A stretch of DNA of 64,000 bases from Hypanus sabinus. Its lineage: Eukaryota. The number at the start of each line of letters is the position of its first letter. Position 1 is the first letter of the stretch. Both the position numbers and the translations under genes were made by a program. Location of the stretch: NCBI RefSeq assembly GCF_030144855.1, contig NC_082707.1:13702001-13766000 (forward strand), written 5' to 3'. This document shows, one piece after another, positions 23,555-37,000 of the stretch. A model generated the notes under the pieces. That model ran no database searches. It was not told the origin of the DNA and worked only from the letters and a program-made list of their open reading frames with translations.

Positions 23555-24388
23555 CTGCCATGGTTGAAAGGTTGAAAGACGTGCACATGCGTTGTTCGCG
23601 AATGGTCCTTTGCCACTTTCACATGAAAACATATCGTGAAGCGCATGAGCAAAAGCGTAGACCGATTTATATACATTGTAAGAGTTCCCGTCCATGGTCA
23701 AGTCAGTGTATGTGTTTCTGATTTGATGTAAACTCTCATTTCCGCTACACTGCGGGAGCCGACCAGGTGAACCTACTGTATATGCCTTGTTTTCTGAATC
23801 TAAAGTACACCTGAAGGTGGTTTCCCAAAACTCCCTCACTAATGGATTACCAGGAAAACCGGAAGGGTGGACTTTGAGTAGGAAGTCCCGCAACTCTGGA
23901 ACTTCCACCGCGCGCACCGTAGTTCCAATTGTCCCATTAAGGAAAAGCCGGTCTCGATCTTCACCAGCGATGTCCGCTGTAATCCACGCTTCACTGCCCA
24001 CCCACTGCACACCGCTGACGTTTTGCCGTATAACCTCCTGAAATAAAAGGCGCATTTCGCCAGGTCCAGCAAAGGCTACCACGACTTTTGTGGTCGTCTC
24101 TTTCATCACTTGCACTATCCTAGTGATCTTCTCTGCGGGGTCCGTTCTGTGAAATGATTCCGAGAAGGCAATGCAAACACCGGAATCCACAACAGTTTCT
24201 ATAAAGGCCCTTACTCCGGAGTTGCCATAGTCATCGTCGCTGTTAATGGTTCCAATCCATGTCCATCCAAACTTCTGAACGAGATGCCCCAGCGCTTTAG
24301 ACTGATGTTCGTCACTTGGGATAGTTCGATAAAAAGTTGGATACTCGTTCTTGTCACTGAGACACATGCACGTTGAAAAGTAGCTGAC
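23555..24388 (-). CDS. V2R gene A, exon 3 (Venus flytrap domain)
   Basis: 834 nt VSYFSTCMCLSDKNEYPTFYRTIPSD...FGWTWIG...DYG...WVGSEAW...YNVYKSVYAFAHALH...FQPWQ. AG/GT boundaries. Confidence 0.95.
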
Positions 24389-24638
24389 CTGCATTCAATC
24401 AAACATTAGGTGTGTGGATTAATGTGCGGGTGTGACACTGTCAAATATTCTTCAGTAACAGGAGTGACAGAAGTTTAAACATTCTAAGGTTTCAGAAGTA
24501 CATTTAATGTCAGAGAAATGTTTACAATGTACATCCAAAACTGCTCTTTCTGCGGTGTTAAAACTAGCGCATCGGACCCGGTATACTTTCGCTTCTGTTT
24601 ACGTCTTCGTGACCACAATAGTTTTAAACAAATCTCAC

Positions 24639-24930
24639 CAGTGGTATTCCAAAAGGTCTGGTTGTTCTTGCAACAGCGATGGACACCGAGGACCCAGCGC
24701 CACCAACGATCCCGGAGATATCAAGAGGCCCGTCACACACTTGACCCGTGTATGTTTTCTCCTGACCGTTCAGCAGAGCCAGAGTAGCCTTTGTTGCAAT
24801 TTCGGGGGAGTTACAGTCATCGTGAATCCTATAGCCCAGTGTTATGTTTGGCAGCAGTCTCCCATCCCTGTTTATTTCCTCAATAGTAAAAATCATGGTC
24901 TGTAACATGCGGAAGGTCATTAAATCAAAA
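24639..24930 (-). CDS. V2R gene A, exon 2
   Basis: 292 nt FDLMTFRMLQTMIFTIEEINRDGRLLPNITLGYRIHDDC...IVGGAGSSVS...IPL. Poly-T cAG acceptor, GTGAGA donor. Confidence 0.95.
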
Positions 24931-25084
24931 CTGAAAAAAAAAAGCAAGGATTAAGGTGAGGGAAGAATTTTCCGTTTTTCTTAAGCCCTCGAAACATTCC
25001 CTTCCAGAAATCTTTGAATCTGCTCAGCACCGTACCAATAAATACTGAAAATTAAACAATGCCCAGTATTTTTACTTCCGGGAA

Positions 25085-25225
25085 GTCAGGCGTTTCGGGC
25101 CGTGGCTCTTTGGAAATCAGAGTGAACTCTCGAAACGTCGGCTGTCCATTTACCTCCGCAAAGGCTGCTTCGCCCGCTGAGCTCCTACAATAGTTTGGCG
25201 CCTTTTATCCATATTCCACATCTTT
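25085..25225. mobile_element. Penelope-like short remnant with an inverted piece (gene A intron 1)
   Basis: cgtttcgggcc (reverse) and cgaaacgtcggctg..ccgctgagctcc (forward) match the repeat at 56782-56865. Confidence 0.5.
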
Positions 25226-25342
25226 AATCTGATTCCACTAAACGAACTGCACTTACCAGACTGTCCTCGTAATACTGTTCTTGACAAAATTCTAAGAGAC
25301 ATTCATCAAAACCGCATACGGTCATACCTGAAATCAACTCAC

Positions 25343-25551
25343 CTTTTGCAGCCTTTTTCTTCTTTTTGTTTGGTGAATAAGTTTATCTGACGATTACTAT
25401 TAAAGTGCACAGGGAATATTCCCCCTAGTACAACGTCCCCATCTTTAGAGATATTGGGGAGCTGGATTCTTTCCCGAAGCCTGCAGGTTAGTTCACCTGC
25501 ACCCACTGCATAAGACCACACTACTGAGACTCTGAACACGAGCTGAAACAT
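25343..25551 (-). CDS. V2R gene A, exon 1
   Basis: 209 nt MFQLVFRVSVVWSYAVGAGELTCRLRERIQLPNISKDGDVVLGGIFPVH...GCK with donor GTGAGT. An in-frame upstream ATG exists at 25605. The six exons join to 2589 nt (862 aa). Confidence 0.9.
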
Positions 25552-25684
25552 ATCATGAACGAAGACGATGACTACTAACTGCAGACTCCTGTTTAAAATC
25601 GCCATATAATTGTCACACAATGAACTTAAGTACTGACAATGATACTGTCAGTGGAAAAACTGCACCTTGTAGAAATTAAGTGAA

Positions 25685-25766
25685 GTCCCAAATGAATACA
25701 TCTGCTTTTGTGTCAATTATCAGGTGACCAGTAAATGGTTTATTGTTAATTATGCTGGAAGGCAAA
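25685..25766 (-). promoter_or_regulatory. Candidate promoter motifs of gene A
   Basis: gtcccaaatgaataca and gctggaaggcaaa at positions matching genes B and C. Confidence 0.4.
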
Positions 25767-26249
25767 CGCTGAGACACAGAAGAATAACAAGTAATGTAGA
25801 AAATAAGCTGTATATCCGAGACAAAGTTCCCCATGATTAAATCAAATGAAGGAACAATTTTCCGAAATGCTGCCTAACAGTAATAAAATGTCAGTAGATG
25901 TCAACGCATTACAGACTCTGAAGGTAAGTTCAAATGCAGAACAGGACGTAATGTCAAAAATACGTACTCGGATCCCAATGATGAGTCTGGACAACTGAGC
26001 AAGTGGGCAGACATCGGGAGAAAACGATTCCGCAACATTTCTCGATAATTATATAACGATCGAACGGGTCAAACGATAAAGGAGAGGCATTACAAACTGT
26101 CGTAGCGGAGCAATATGGTGTTTTGCGGCTTTGTCAATGTCAATGCCAGCGGCTAGTTCATTCTCAAATGTGCAGGTACATGTATGCACAGTGAAGTAAA
26201 ACACTTACTTGCAGCAGCATTACATAAACAACATTCACAAGAGAAACGT

Positions 26250-26975
26250 AAAGGAAACTTAGGGCACTGCAGTGTTGCTAGGAGATTTTTTAGTCAGAAA
26301 CGTGGTTCTGTGGGAGCGATAGAAACACACGTATGCCACATTGCTTTCCCGGAACCAGAATCGCGGATGTCTCAGATCACGTCCGCAGCATTATCAAGGG
26401 CAAATGTCAGGGTACATATTGACACCAGTGACATAGGTAGACAAGGTGAGTCCAGAGGAGACCCTTTAGGGACCAAGGTAGAGAGCTCAGAAACAGGACC
26501 TACAGTGTAGTAATCTCTGGATTGCCAGTGAGCGTAACAATTGCATGATTTGGCAGCTGAATGCGTGGCTGAGGAACGGGTACATTGGGCAGGGGTTCAG
26601 ATGGATGGATCATTGGGATCTCTTCCGGGGAAGGTATGACCTACAGAAAAGGGATACACCTAAACCTGATGGGGTCCAGTGTCCTTGCGGGCAAGTTGAG
26701 TACAGTTGATCGGGTGGATTTAAGCTAACTTCGCAGGGGAATGGGAAGCAGTGTGATAGTGCTGAAAATGAGATAGTTGATTTAGAAAGACAGCTAATCT
26801 ATAGTGAGACGACTAGCAAGGAGAGGCTGATGAGAGGGAAAAATTACAGCCAACATGACGCATTGTAAAAGGTGGAGAAAATCGAAAAAGGTGAATACCG
26901 GACAAAAGATGCTATATTTGAATGTGTGCAGTATATGGAATGAGGTCGATAAACTTTTAGCACAGTTACAGATTG
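26250..26975 (+). mobile_element. CR1 ORF1 and ORF2-start fragment, degenerate
   Basis: Esterase-like region (..FPEP..VRVHIDTSDIG) and MLYLNVCSIWNEVDKLLAQL, the CR1 endonuclease start. Confidence 0.65.
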
Positions 26976-27710
26976 TGCGTCTCCACCCCGTTCCTTCATT
27001 TCGGTGGATTTCATCACTTGTCTGTCTTTGCTCTCCCAAACCTCCCCTCGGCTTGTGAAGCTGCATGTTAATGGTTCAGCACGTGTTTAGGCTGCACGGC
27101 TTTCCTCCAGTATCTGATCGAAGACCACAGTTCACGTCCCATTCCGGAAGGCTTTCCGTTCTTAAAGAGAGTCACATCCAATATCTCATCAGGTTTCCAT
27201 CACCAATTGGTCAGACCTACGAGGGTGAATCAAGAAATTGAGACAAACCCGCCTTGCCTTATCCAACCACACGGAGCTTCCAACTATTTTGGGCAGAGGA
27301 TGCACACGATAACCTCCATTCATCCTCCACTGGTACGTAGTCTTTTGAATACCAAAAAGAATTCTGAACACCATTCTTCCCTGACAAAGAGATTAATGTA
27401 CGATTTTCCACTGTTGAACAATTGGTCCAAAGCTACATGCGTACGTGGAGATGAGCCAGTATGCTGCGCGCTCAGAATTATATGCCCGGAAGGCTGATAT
27501 GCTCCATCGACAATTGAAGTCTCTCAAGCCAGGGAAGCCATAGTTGCTACTGTCTGGAGATCTTTCTTTCCACGTCGTGAGTCACAGGTTGGCCCCATTA
27601 TATGTGTGACTATTTGTAGTGGAGAAGGGGATAAGCAATGCCACATATAGATTGCGCCTCCTGTCATCCATATGTTCCTATGTTTCCAAGCTAAAGCCGA
27701 TAACTATCGC
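26976..27710 (+). mobile_element. Gypsy chromovirus-like integrase fragment
   Basis: ISVDFIT.L, VFRLHGFP..SDRRPQFTS and SGFH....RVNQEIET motifs across frames. Confidence 0.7.
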
Positions 27711-27719
27711 CGATGAGTA

Positions 27720-30700
27720 TCTTATACAGCTTCAACATTAACTCCCAGTTTATCTCCAATCTCCCAACAGAATATTTTATATTCTATTTTTCTTGAAAAC
27801 AATGCCAACATTACATTTGCCTTCTTTACCACAGACTCCAGCTGTGAATTGACCTTCTGGGAGTGTGTATGAGGACTCCTAAGTCCCTCTGCACCTCTGC
27901 TGTTTGCATTTTCCCCCTCAGATAATAATCTGCACTAATGATCTTTCTACCAAAATGCATGATCAAACATTTCCCAACACTGTATTCCTGTCACTTTTTT
28001 CCCCATTCTTCCAATTTGTCTAAGTCCTGCAGCAATTATATTGCTTCCTCAGCACTACCTGCTCCTCCACCTGTCTTCGTATCATACTCAAACATTGCAA
28101 CAATCCTATTAATTCCACTACCTAGATCACTGGCAAAAAAATGTGAAAAGTAGCAGTCCCAACACTACCACGTGAGGAACCCACTGATAGCGAACCAGAA
28201 AAGGCCCTCTTTTCTCTTCTTCCTTTCTTAAAGAGTGGAGTGATATTTGCAATTTTGCAGTCCTCCGGGACCATGCCAGGATCAAGTGATTCTTGCCTGA
28301 TCATGACCAATGCATTCGTTATCTCTTCAGCAACCTCTGTCAGGACTCTGGAATGTAGATCATCTGGCCCAGGTGACTTATCCTTGCCCTCTAACATGAC
28401 ACTGAAAGTTGCTCCGTTATATGCCCTCCCTTTGGCGTTCATGTTGGTTTGATTTCTCTTGTTAACCACGGTGGTATCATCTTGTCTTCAGAATACTTCT
28501 TTACCTTCAGGATGTATATAACTTCTGCCTCCCAAATGGCTTCCAGAAATTCCAGCCATTGCTGCCATGCCGTCATCCCTGCCCGTGTTCTTTTCGTAAA
28601 CACACTCAAAATGCTGCCTGGCCTGCTGCATTCCACCAGCATTTTGTGTGTGTTGCTTGAATTTCCAGCATCTGCAGATTTCTTCGTGCTCTTTTCGTAT
28701 CAATTCTGGCCACCCCTTCTCTCATAACTCTATAATTCCCTTTTCTCCACTATAGTACTGTTACATCGGACTTCCGCTTTTGCATGTCAAATTTTAGGGT
28801 GAATTCAATCTTACTATGATCACTTGCCAAAAAGTGTTCTTTTACCTTAAGCTCTTTAATCAATTCCGGTATTTGCACAACACCCAACCCTGAATAACTG
28901 ATCCCTAGTGGGCTCAACAACGAGATTCTCCAAAAAGCCATCTCGTATGCATTCTAGAAATTCTCTCTCTCTTAAGATCCAGCACCAACTTAATTTTCCC
29001 AATCTACCTGGGCATTGAAACCCTCATAGCTGTTGTAACATTGCTTTTTTGACATGCATTTTTATCTCCCATAGTACCTTGTAAACCACATCCTTACTGC
29101 TGGGGACTAAATTGCAGACCAAGTGCTGTCTGGCTAATAGCTTGTTAACCTCAGTATCTGATTCTTGCATGTACGTATATTCTAGACAAATAACTACGAA
29201 CATAGCATTTGCCTTCTTTACCACCAGCTCAAACTGGAAGTTGACCTTTATGGAATCGTGCAAAAGTACGATTCTCATAACACCTCTAAGTTACACCTCT
29301 AAGTCTGGTATCTACACCTTTATTCCTTCTACAAAATTGCACGACTGCATACTTCTGTACACCATATTTCATCTACCACTTCGCTGACCATTTTCCTAGT
29401 TCTCAGCAGCCCATTCTAAGGACTCATTCCGAGTCCTTCCTCAACACTAACATTTCCTCCAACTATCTTTATATCATCCACAGAAGAGGCAAGTAAGGAG
29501 AAAAAATGAACGGTCGCCACACCAACTTTTGCAGAACAACACTAGCCAACCCGAATTCGTCCCGTTTATTTCCACACTCTGCAACTGGATAAACGTACTA
29601 GCTTCCAAATTACTATGTCAACACTTTGAGTTTTGCATTTTATTGATTTCGGTTCAAAACATTAACATCGATGGTCGAGTATTGACTGCGTCCAATGTAG
29701 TCAGAGTGATTGGGTCAAGGAGTTTTATAACACAGAAACTGGCACCTCGGCAACCAGCGACCATTTTAACTTTTTGCCTGTTAACACTAGTCCTATTTGC
29801 CACAATACATTGGTATATTACCATGCTTTACCAATTTAAATACCTGTCTAAATAACACCAGAATTTAAAGATTACACCTGAGTCCACCATCATCCCGGAT
29901 CGCATATTCCAGATGTCAACTACCCTCTGTGTACAAACTCACCCCTCAGATCGCCTTTAAATTTGTTCCCTCTCAGCTAAAACTCACAGTGAGTTGTTTC
30001 CCTGAAGGAAAATGTTTCTGATTTTGCACTCTGTCAAATTCAATTATATTATAAAACCATAACATATAGGAGCCCAATTAGGCCTATGGTCCACAGAGCC
30101 TGCTCCAGCATTTCATATGGCTGATCCATTTCCCACTCAACCCAATTCTCCTGCCTTCATCCCCTAAGCTTTCTTACCATGACTAATCAAGAACCTATCA
30201 ACCTCTAAATTAAGTGCATCCAGTGACATGCCCTCCATAGCCGTCTGTGGCAACGTATTACACTGATTCACCATCCTCTGGCTAATGCAGTTCCTTCTTA
30301 TTTCTGTTCTAAATGGAAATCCAACTATTTCGAGATTATGCCCTCTGATCGTAGATTCTCCCACCAAAATGATAGCATCCTCTTCACATCCACACTATGT
30401 AGGCTTTTCAAAATTCCACAGATTTTAATGAGATCCCCCACCATTCTTCTAAATTCCAGCGACTGCAGGTCCATCTGCAGGTCCAGCCATCAATCGCTGC
30501 ACAATCGTTTCATTCCCTGAATCTTTCTCGTCATCTTTCGAAATATATCCAATATCAGCTCATGGGTTCTAAAATAAGGGATTCAAAACGCCTCACAATA
30601 CTCCTTGTGGGGCCACACCTGTGCCTTAAGCAGCCTCAGTATTACATCCCTTGTTTTCATATTCTTGTCTTTTTGAAATGAAAGCTAATATTGTATTAGC

Positions 30701-32590
30701 TCTTCGAAAATATTTTATGCTTTTGTTCCTTCTATCAAAGTGCATGGCCATACATATCCCACACAGTTTCCCATTTGCCACCTCTTCTCCCATTTACCTA
30801 ATATATATAGGTCCTTCTGCAGCCACTCCGTTTCCTTAAATCTACATGCTTCTCCATATCACCCTCAAACTTGGCCACATAGCCTTCAATTTCATCATCC
30901 AAAATGTTGACATAGAACGAAAAAGAAGCAGTCCCTACACAGATTATTGCGGAATATCACTGATCACTAGCAGCCAATTCGAAAGCGATCCCTTTGTTCC
31001 CACTCTTTGCTTCTTGCTTATCAACCAATGCTTTTCCATGCTAGTATCTATCATGTAATATCCTAGGCTCTTATTTTGTTTAGCAGCCTCATATGCGACA
31101 CCTTTCCCAAGTCCTTCTGAAAATCCAAGTACACAACATCCAGCTCCTTTGTTTACCCTGCTTGTCATTTATCCAATGAATTCCAACTGATTAGTCAGGT
31201 AGGATTTTTCCCTTCAGGAAACTATACTGACTTTGGCTCATTTTACTCATGAGCTTCCATATACCCTGAAGACAAATTCGTCACAATTGACTCCAGCATC
31301 TTCCCTACCATGGAGGCCAGGCTGCCAGGCTTATCAATTTCCCTTCTTCTACCTCCATCCCTTATTGAAGAGCGGAATGATATTTGCAATCTTCCAGTCT
31401 TCTTGAACTATGCCGGTATCTATTGATTCTTTAAAAATCATTACTAATATTCCACAATTTCATCCGCTAGCTCGTATAGAACCCTACAAAGTAGTCCATC
31501 AGGTCCGGTGACTTACTTATCTTCAGACTTTTCAGTTTCCCAAGCACTATCTCCTTTGTAATAGCAAGTGCTCTCACTTCTGCGCCTTAACACTGTCGAA
31601 CTTTCAGCGTACTACTAGTGTCTTCCACTGGTTTATCTTCCATTCAGCCAACGCTTCTTTAATTCGGTTTACTCCACTGTAGTACTGATACATCTGACTT
31701 TAGATCCACCCTCTCAAATTACAGGGTGAAATATATCATATTATGCACACGGTTTCTGAAAGGTTCCATTACCGTAAGTGCCCTCGGAATATCCGGTTCA
31801 TGACACAACACCCCATGCAGAATTGCTCATCCCCTCGTTATGACCACATCCACAAGCTGCTCCAAAGAGGAATCCCGGAGATATTCCACAAATTTTCTCT
31901 TTTGCGATCAAGCATGAATTCCTTTTTCAAAATCGATTTGCATATTGGAATCCCCGGTGACTAATGGAACATTCCCTTTTTTGACAAGTTTCTTCTATCT
32001 TGCACTTGATTTGTAGATCACATCTTGGCTAGTACTCGGAGCCCTGGAAACAACTCCTTCTTACCTCTGCACTCTCTTAATTCTACCCAGAGGATTCTAC
32101 ATTTTCTAATCGTATATCACATCGCTAAAGATTTGATTTCTTGGCAGGTCTCCCTCGATTTTCCTCGCTCCGGGAAAAACAAGATGATCATATCTAATAT
32201 GCCCCCTTAGCTCAATCCCCACAGTCCAGGCAACATACTGGTAAAAATGCTTTGCAGTCTCTTCAGCACAAAATCATCCTTCCCATTTGTAGCTACCAGA
32301 AATGCACACATTCCTCCAAGTGTAACCTATTAAGTGGCAAAATTGCACCGTAACTTTCCATAGTTTAGATTCTATGCCCTGCTGATGAAGGCAAACCATC
32401 CATAGATTTCCTCCGTCATTACATGACAACTTCCATGGAGCTGCGGAATTTAGCACAAATATCTCTCTGTTCATAAGTAGTACATCGCGCTTTATCGTTT
32501 ACTGAACACGTCGTACTTTAATGCTTTATCTCAGGTCAGTCAGCGTTCATTTCCATTTTCAAATGCTTTGCACAATTTTCTATTGAATAT
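27720..32590 (-). mobile_element. Mosaic of degenerate CR1 fragments (mostly minus strand)
   Basis: KSPGPDDLHSRVLTEVAEEI...ANITPLFKKG, KEHFLASDHSKIEF and GHNLEIVGFPFRTEIRRN. Confidence 0.75.
28599..28684. mobile_element. Penelope-like micro-insertion with internal inverted repeat and about 15-bp TSD
   Basis: cgtg(t/c)tcttttcgta at 28584-28598 and 28685-28699. aacacactcaaaatgctg is the near reverse complement of cagcattttgtgtgtgtt. Confidence 0.65.
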
Positions 32591-32592
32591 AT

Positions 32593-33863
32593 TGTCACGT
32601 ACACGCAACCCTGTAAAAGTATCAGCAGCAACAGAACACACCTGGAGTCTGGTTCTGCTGTTAACAAAACACTATTTTATTAGTAACTACGTAATACAAT
32701 AATTTAAACGAGGTAAATCAAGGGTTAATGGTGTTATACTGTTGGTGTAAAACAAAAATAAAGTGCCCAAACCTATTCAAGCTCAAGTGGCACGTGATAC
32801 AGTCTTACGATGGTATGTAAATAAGTTCAGTTCAAATGCATAAGTTAATTAATGTGAGATGTTTGTAATCCAAAGGCGAATGTTGTGAAAAGGCAATTAC
32901 GTCGATATTCCACAGATTTCACAGCAGCGATACAAAATAACAATAGCAGTAGGTTTTATCTCCGAAGTTGTTCCACTCCACACACGAAATATCGCCGATA
33001 GTGATCTTCAACGAATATCCTTTCAACACAAGTGGTACCACACCCGAATTCAGCTGCAGGACATCCCAAAGTGGTGGCCACAGGAAAATCGATCAGAATC
33101 CACGTAGGGATTATCGCCAATAGCAGCGTATCACAAAGGGGACTATCTTCAAGGGAACAACCACGCAGACAAGGGTCGACACACCGGTAGATTCCACAAG
33201 GTTATCCCAGTAACACACAACGTGATAGCCACTTATGTAGTTCCACGATATACGAAATAACTCCAACAGTGATTTGCCACAGGGGTGCCTTTCTTCACTG
33301 AACTACCACACCCAGACAAAGGGTAAACACACACGGGGTATTCACAAAGGTTTTTCCTTCACCAGAGAACTCACTCTTGTGGATTAACTACGTGACAACT
33401 ACACTTTCGTATTCGAATGGAAACAAATTCACCTTCACGGCCTACTGAGAGAGAGAGTCCAAACAGTGATCTCATTGTCACTAGGTTTCTTCTGTTTCAA
33501 ACCTTCCTCTCCCTCTCCTCTCTCTTCTCTTCTCTGCATACTTCTTCTAGTGAGAGTCATTTATCAATACTTAGGATCGATCTCAACTCACCCCTGTTGG
33601 GCTACTGAAAGTTTAAAACAGCGACCGACTCACAGGTGTATTTCATTGATTGAATCTATCTTGACTCTGACTTTGTGTGTCTGTGTATACTTCTATATTC
33701 AACAGAAGCTGCAGAGAAACTATAACATCGATTGTCCATCAAAACTCTCTCTCCCTCTCCCTCTCCCTCACTCCCTCCCTCCCCTCAAACAGTGTCCAAA
33801 AGTGAGTCTCATTCCCTCGGAGTTTCAGTCGACAGAAAAAATTAATCCTAGGGGTACATAACA
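32593..33863 (-). mobile_element. Solo LTR (1271 bp) with 4-bp TSD ATAT
   Basis: Termini TGTCACGTAC...GTACATAACA (imperfect inverted repeat) with ATAT on both sides. Minus-strand AATAAA near 32680. Interrupts CR1 sequence. Confidence 0.8.
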
Positions 33864-34069
33864 ATATATACGCCTGTAGCCTCAGAGCTTGCCTGATTTA
33901 CTTTGGCTCTGGATTAAATGCCAGCAGGATTGCAGGACTTGGACTTGTTGCTTTGAAGTGATAACCAAAACCAGAAGAAAGGACGTCCAGAATGAAATAG
34001 TGGAGACTAATATTGCAGCTTGCAACCATATAATCTGTGATTAATTATAGTATGGAGTCTTTGCATGAT

Positions 34070-37000
34070 ATAGAAAAATAGAAACAAAGAAAACCTATAG
34101 CATAATACAGGCCCTTCGGCTCACAAATCTGTGCCGAACATGAGCATGTCCCTACCTTAGAACTACCACAGAGTCAAAATTCATAAGGGCATAGAATTGA
34201 GTACGGGATGTGCTGTATTTAAATACGCGTAGCATTCAGAATGAAGTGGACGAAATCGTGACGCAATTAGATTGGTTGGTATGCCGTTGTGAGTATCACT
34301 GAATGAAGGCCATAGTTGGGAGCTTAACAGCAGAGGATATACGTTGCATCAAAAGGACAGGCAGGAAGGCAAAGGCGGTTTAGTGGCTCTATTGGAAAGA
34401 GCTGGAATTATATCTTGAGAAAGAGGTGACATATGGTCAGAGAATTCCAAATCTTTGTGGTGGAGTTAAGAAAATGAAAGAGTAAAAAAGTTATTATGGG
34501 AATCATACGTAGCCACGATGTGGAGCTGAGATTGCAAAGGGAGCTTGAAAGGGCATGTAATAAGGATAATGACACAATTGTAATGGGGGGACTTATATGG
34601 AAGGGAATTAGGAAAAATCAGTTTGAAGTCGGTTTGCAAAAAAAGGAATTTATTGAATGAAGCTATTTGAAATGGCTCCTCACATATAACTGCTTAACAA
34701 AATAAACTATGCTTTTACAGGAAAATTACTGGCATGGACAGAGGAATAGCTGACAGGCAGGAGTTAGCAAGTGGGAAAACGGAGCTTTTTCTGGATGGCT
34801 GCCGGTAACTAGAGCTGTTTCTCGGTTGTCAGTGTAGGGACCGTTACTTTTCATATTGTTTGTCAATGATTTAGAGAGTGAAATTAATGGCTATGACTTT
34901 GCAGCAATGTTTGCGCATGATACGAAGATAGGTGGAGAAGTACGTAGTGCTGAGGAAAGAATGCAATAGCAGCAGCAATTAGACAAATTGGAAGAATGAG
35001 CAAAAATGGCAGATAGGATATCGTGTTGGGCAATATATGATCGTGCCTTTTGTAAAATGGATCAATAGTGCATACTATTAGCTTAAGGGGAGAAATACAA
35101 ACATCAGAGTTGCAAAGGGACTTAGGAGCCCTCGAGCAAAATTCCCAGAAGGTTAGTTCACAGAATGAGTCTGCAGTAAATAGGGAAAATGCAATGCTGC
35201 TATTTATTTCTAGGGGAATAGTATATAAGAACAAGGATATAATGCTGGAAGTGTATATGCCTTATAGACAAGAGGACTTTGGGTATTGACAACAGATTTC
35301 GGCCTCTATCTCAGACAGGATGCCATCAAGGGATATGGCGAGAGGGTAGGTGTAAAGCTTGGAGACAATGCGAGGTGGCTGAAGGCAGTGATAGAGAAGG
35401 GGTGCGCTCAGACCGATGGTCTGAGATGTGTCTATTTCAATGCAATCATGAACAAAACGGATGAGCTTAGAGCGTGGATCAATAGTTGGTGCTGTGGCAT
35501 TATGGCAATTACAAAGACTTGGATAGTTCAGGGGCAGGAATGATTGCTCAGAGAGTCAGGCTATAGATGTTTCAGAAAGGACATGGAGGGAGGCAAAAGA
35601 GGTGGGTGCGTGGCAATGCTGATCAGAGATTGTGTCACGGTTGCAGAAAAGGAGGAACTCATGGAGGGATTGTCTACTGAGTCACTGTGGCTGGAAGTAA
35701 GGAGCCAGATTCTGGTAAAGGCGTAATAATAACAGGTTTGTCGTGGTCTGGACTTTAACTTACCAAATATTGATTGGCATCTCCGTAGGGCAAGGGGTTT
35801 AGATGGGGTGGAGTTTGTTAGGTGTGTTTAAGAAGGTTTCTTGATAAGCCTACAAGAGGAGAGCTGCATTTGATCTGGTATCGGGAAATGAACCTGGTCA
35901 GGTGTCAGGTCGCTCAGTGGGAGAGCATTTTGGAGATAGTGATCACAAGTCTGTCTCCTGTACCATAACATTGGAGAGGCATAGGAACAGACAAGTTAAT
36001 AAAGCGTTTAATTGGAGTAAGGGAAATATGAAGCTATCAGGCAGGAACCTGGAAGCATAAACTGGGAGCAGATGATCTCAGGGAAATGTACGGCAGAAAT
36101 GTGCCAAATGTTCAGGGATATTTGCGTGGTGTTCTGCATAGGTACTTTCAAATGAGACAGGGAAAGAATGGTAGGGTACAGAAAGCGTGGAGTGCAAACT
36201 CTGTTGAAAATGTAGTCAAGAAGAAAAGAAAAGGTCACGAATTGGTTTGCTTACAGAAGGCAAAGTGTGGTTGTAGGCGGGTCATATTCTGCATGGAGGT
36301 CGGTGACCAGTGATGTGCCTCAGGGATTTGTTTTGGGACCTCTTTTCGTAATTTTTATAAATAACATGGATGCGGAAGTGGAGGGATAGGTTAGTAAATT
36401 TGCTGATGACACAAATATTGAGGGTGTTATTGTTAGCGTGGAGCGCTGTCAGAGTCCCAGTGGGACATCGCTAGGATGCAAAACTGGACAAGAAATGACA
36501 GATGAAGTTCAATCCAGATAGATGCGAGGTGGTTCATTTTCGTAGGTCAAATATAATGACAGAATATAGTATTAATGGTAAGACCCTGGCAATGTGGAGG
36601 ATCAGAGGGATCTTGGGGTCCGAGTCCACAGGACACTCAAAGCTGCTGCGCAGGTTGACTCTGTGGTTAAGAAAGGATACACTGCATTGGCTTTCATCAA
36701 TCGTGGGATTGAATTTAAGAGCCGAAAGGTATTGTTATAGCTATATTGATCCTAGTGAGGCCCCACTTGGAGAACTGTCCTCAGTTCCGGTTGCCTCAAT
36801 ACAAGAAGGATGTGGAAACTATGAAAGGGTGCAGAGGAGATTTACAAGGATGTTGACTGGATTGAATAACATGTCTTATGAGAATAGGTTGAGTGAATTC
36901 GGCCTTTTCTCCTTGGAGCGGCAGAGGATGAGAGATGACTGATAGAGGTGCCTAAGATGATGAGAGGCATTGATCGTGTCAGAGACTTTCTCCCAGGGTT

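Noticed and set aside
19133-25551. Assignment as CASR or GPRC6A
   Set aside because: Short C-terminal tail, tandem multi-copy arrangement and V2R-type motifs ([23 protein letters not shown]) fit V2R/OlfC. No specific gene symbol can be assigned without a phylogeny.
32900-33400. CRISPR-like or satellite array
   Set aside because: Eukaryotic context, and the units are degenerate, lack repeat-spacer structure and lie inside an LTR.
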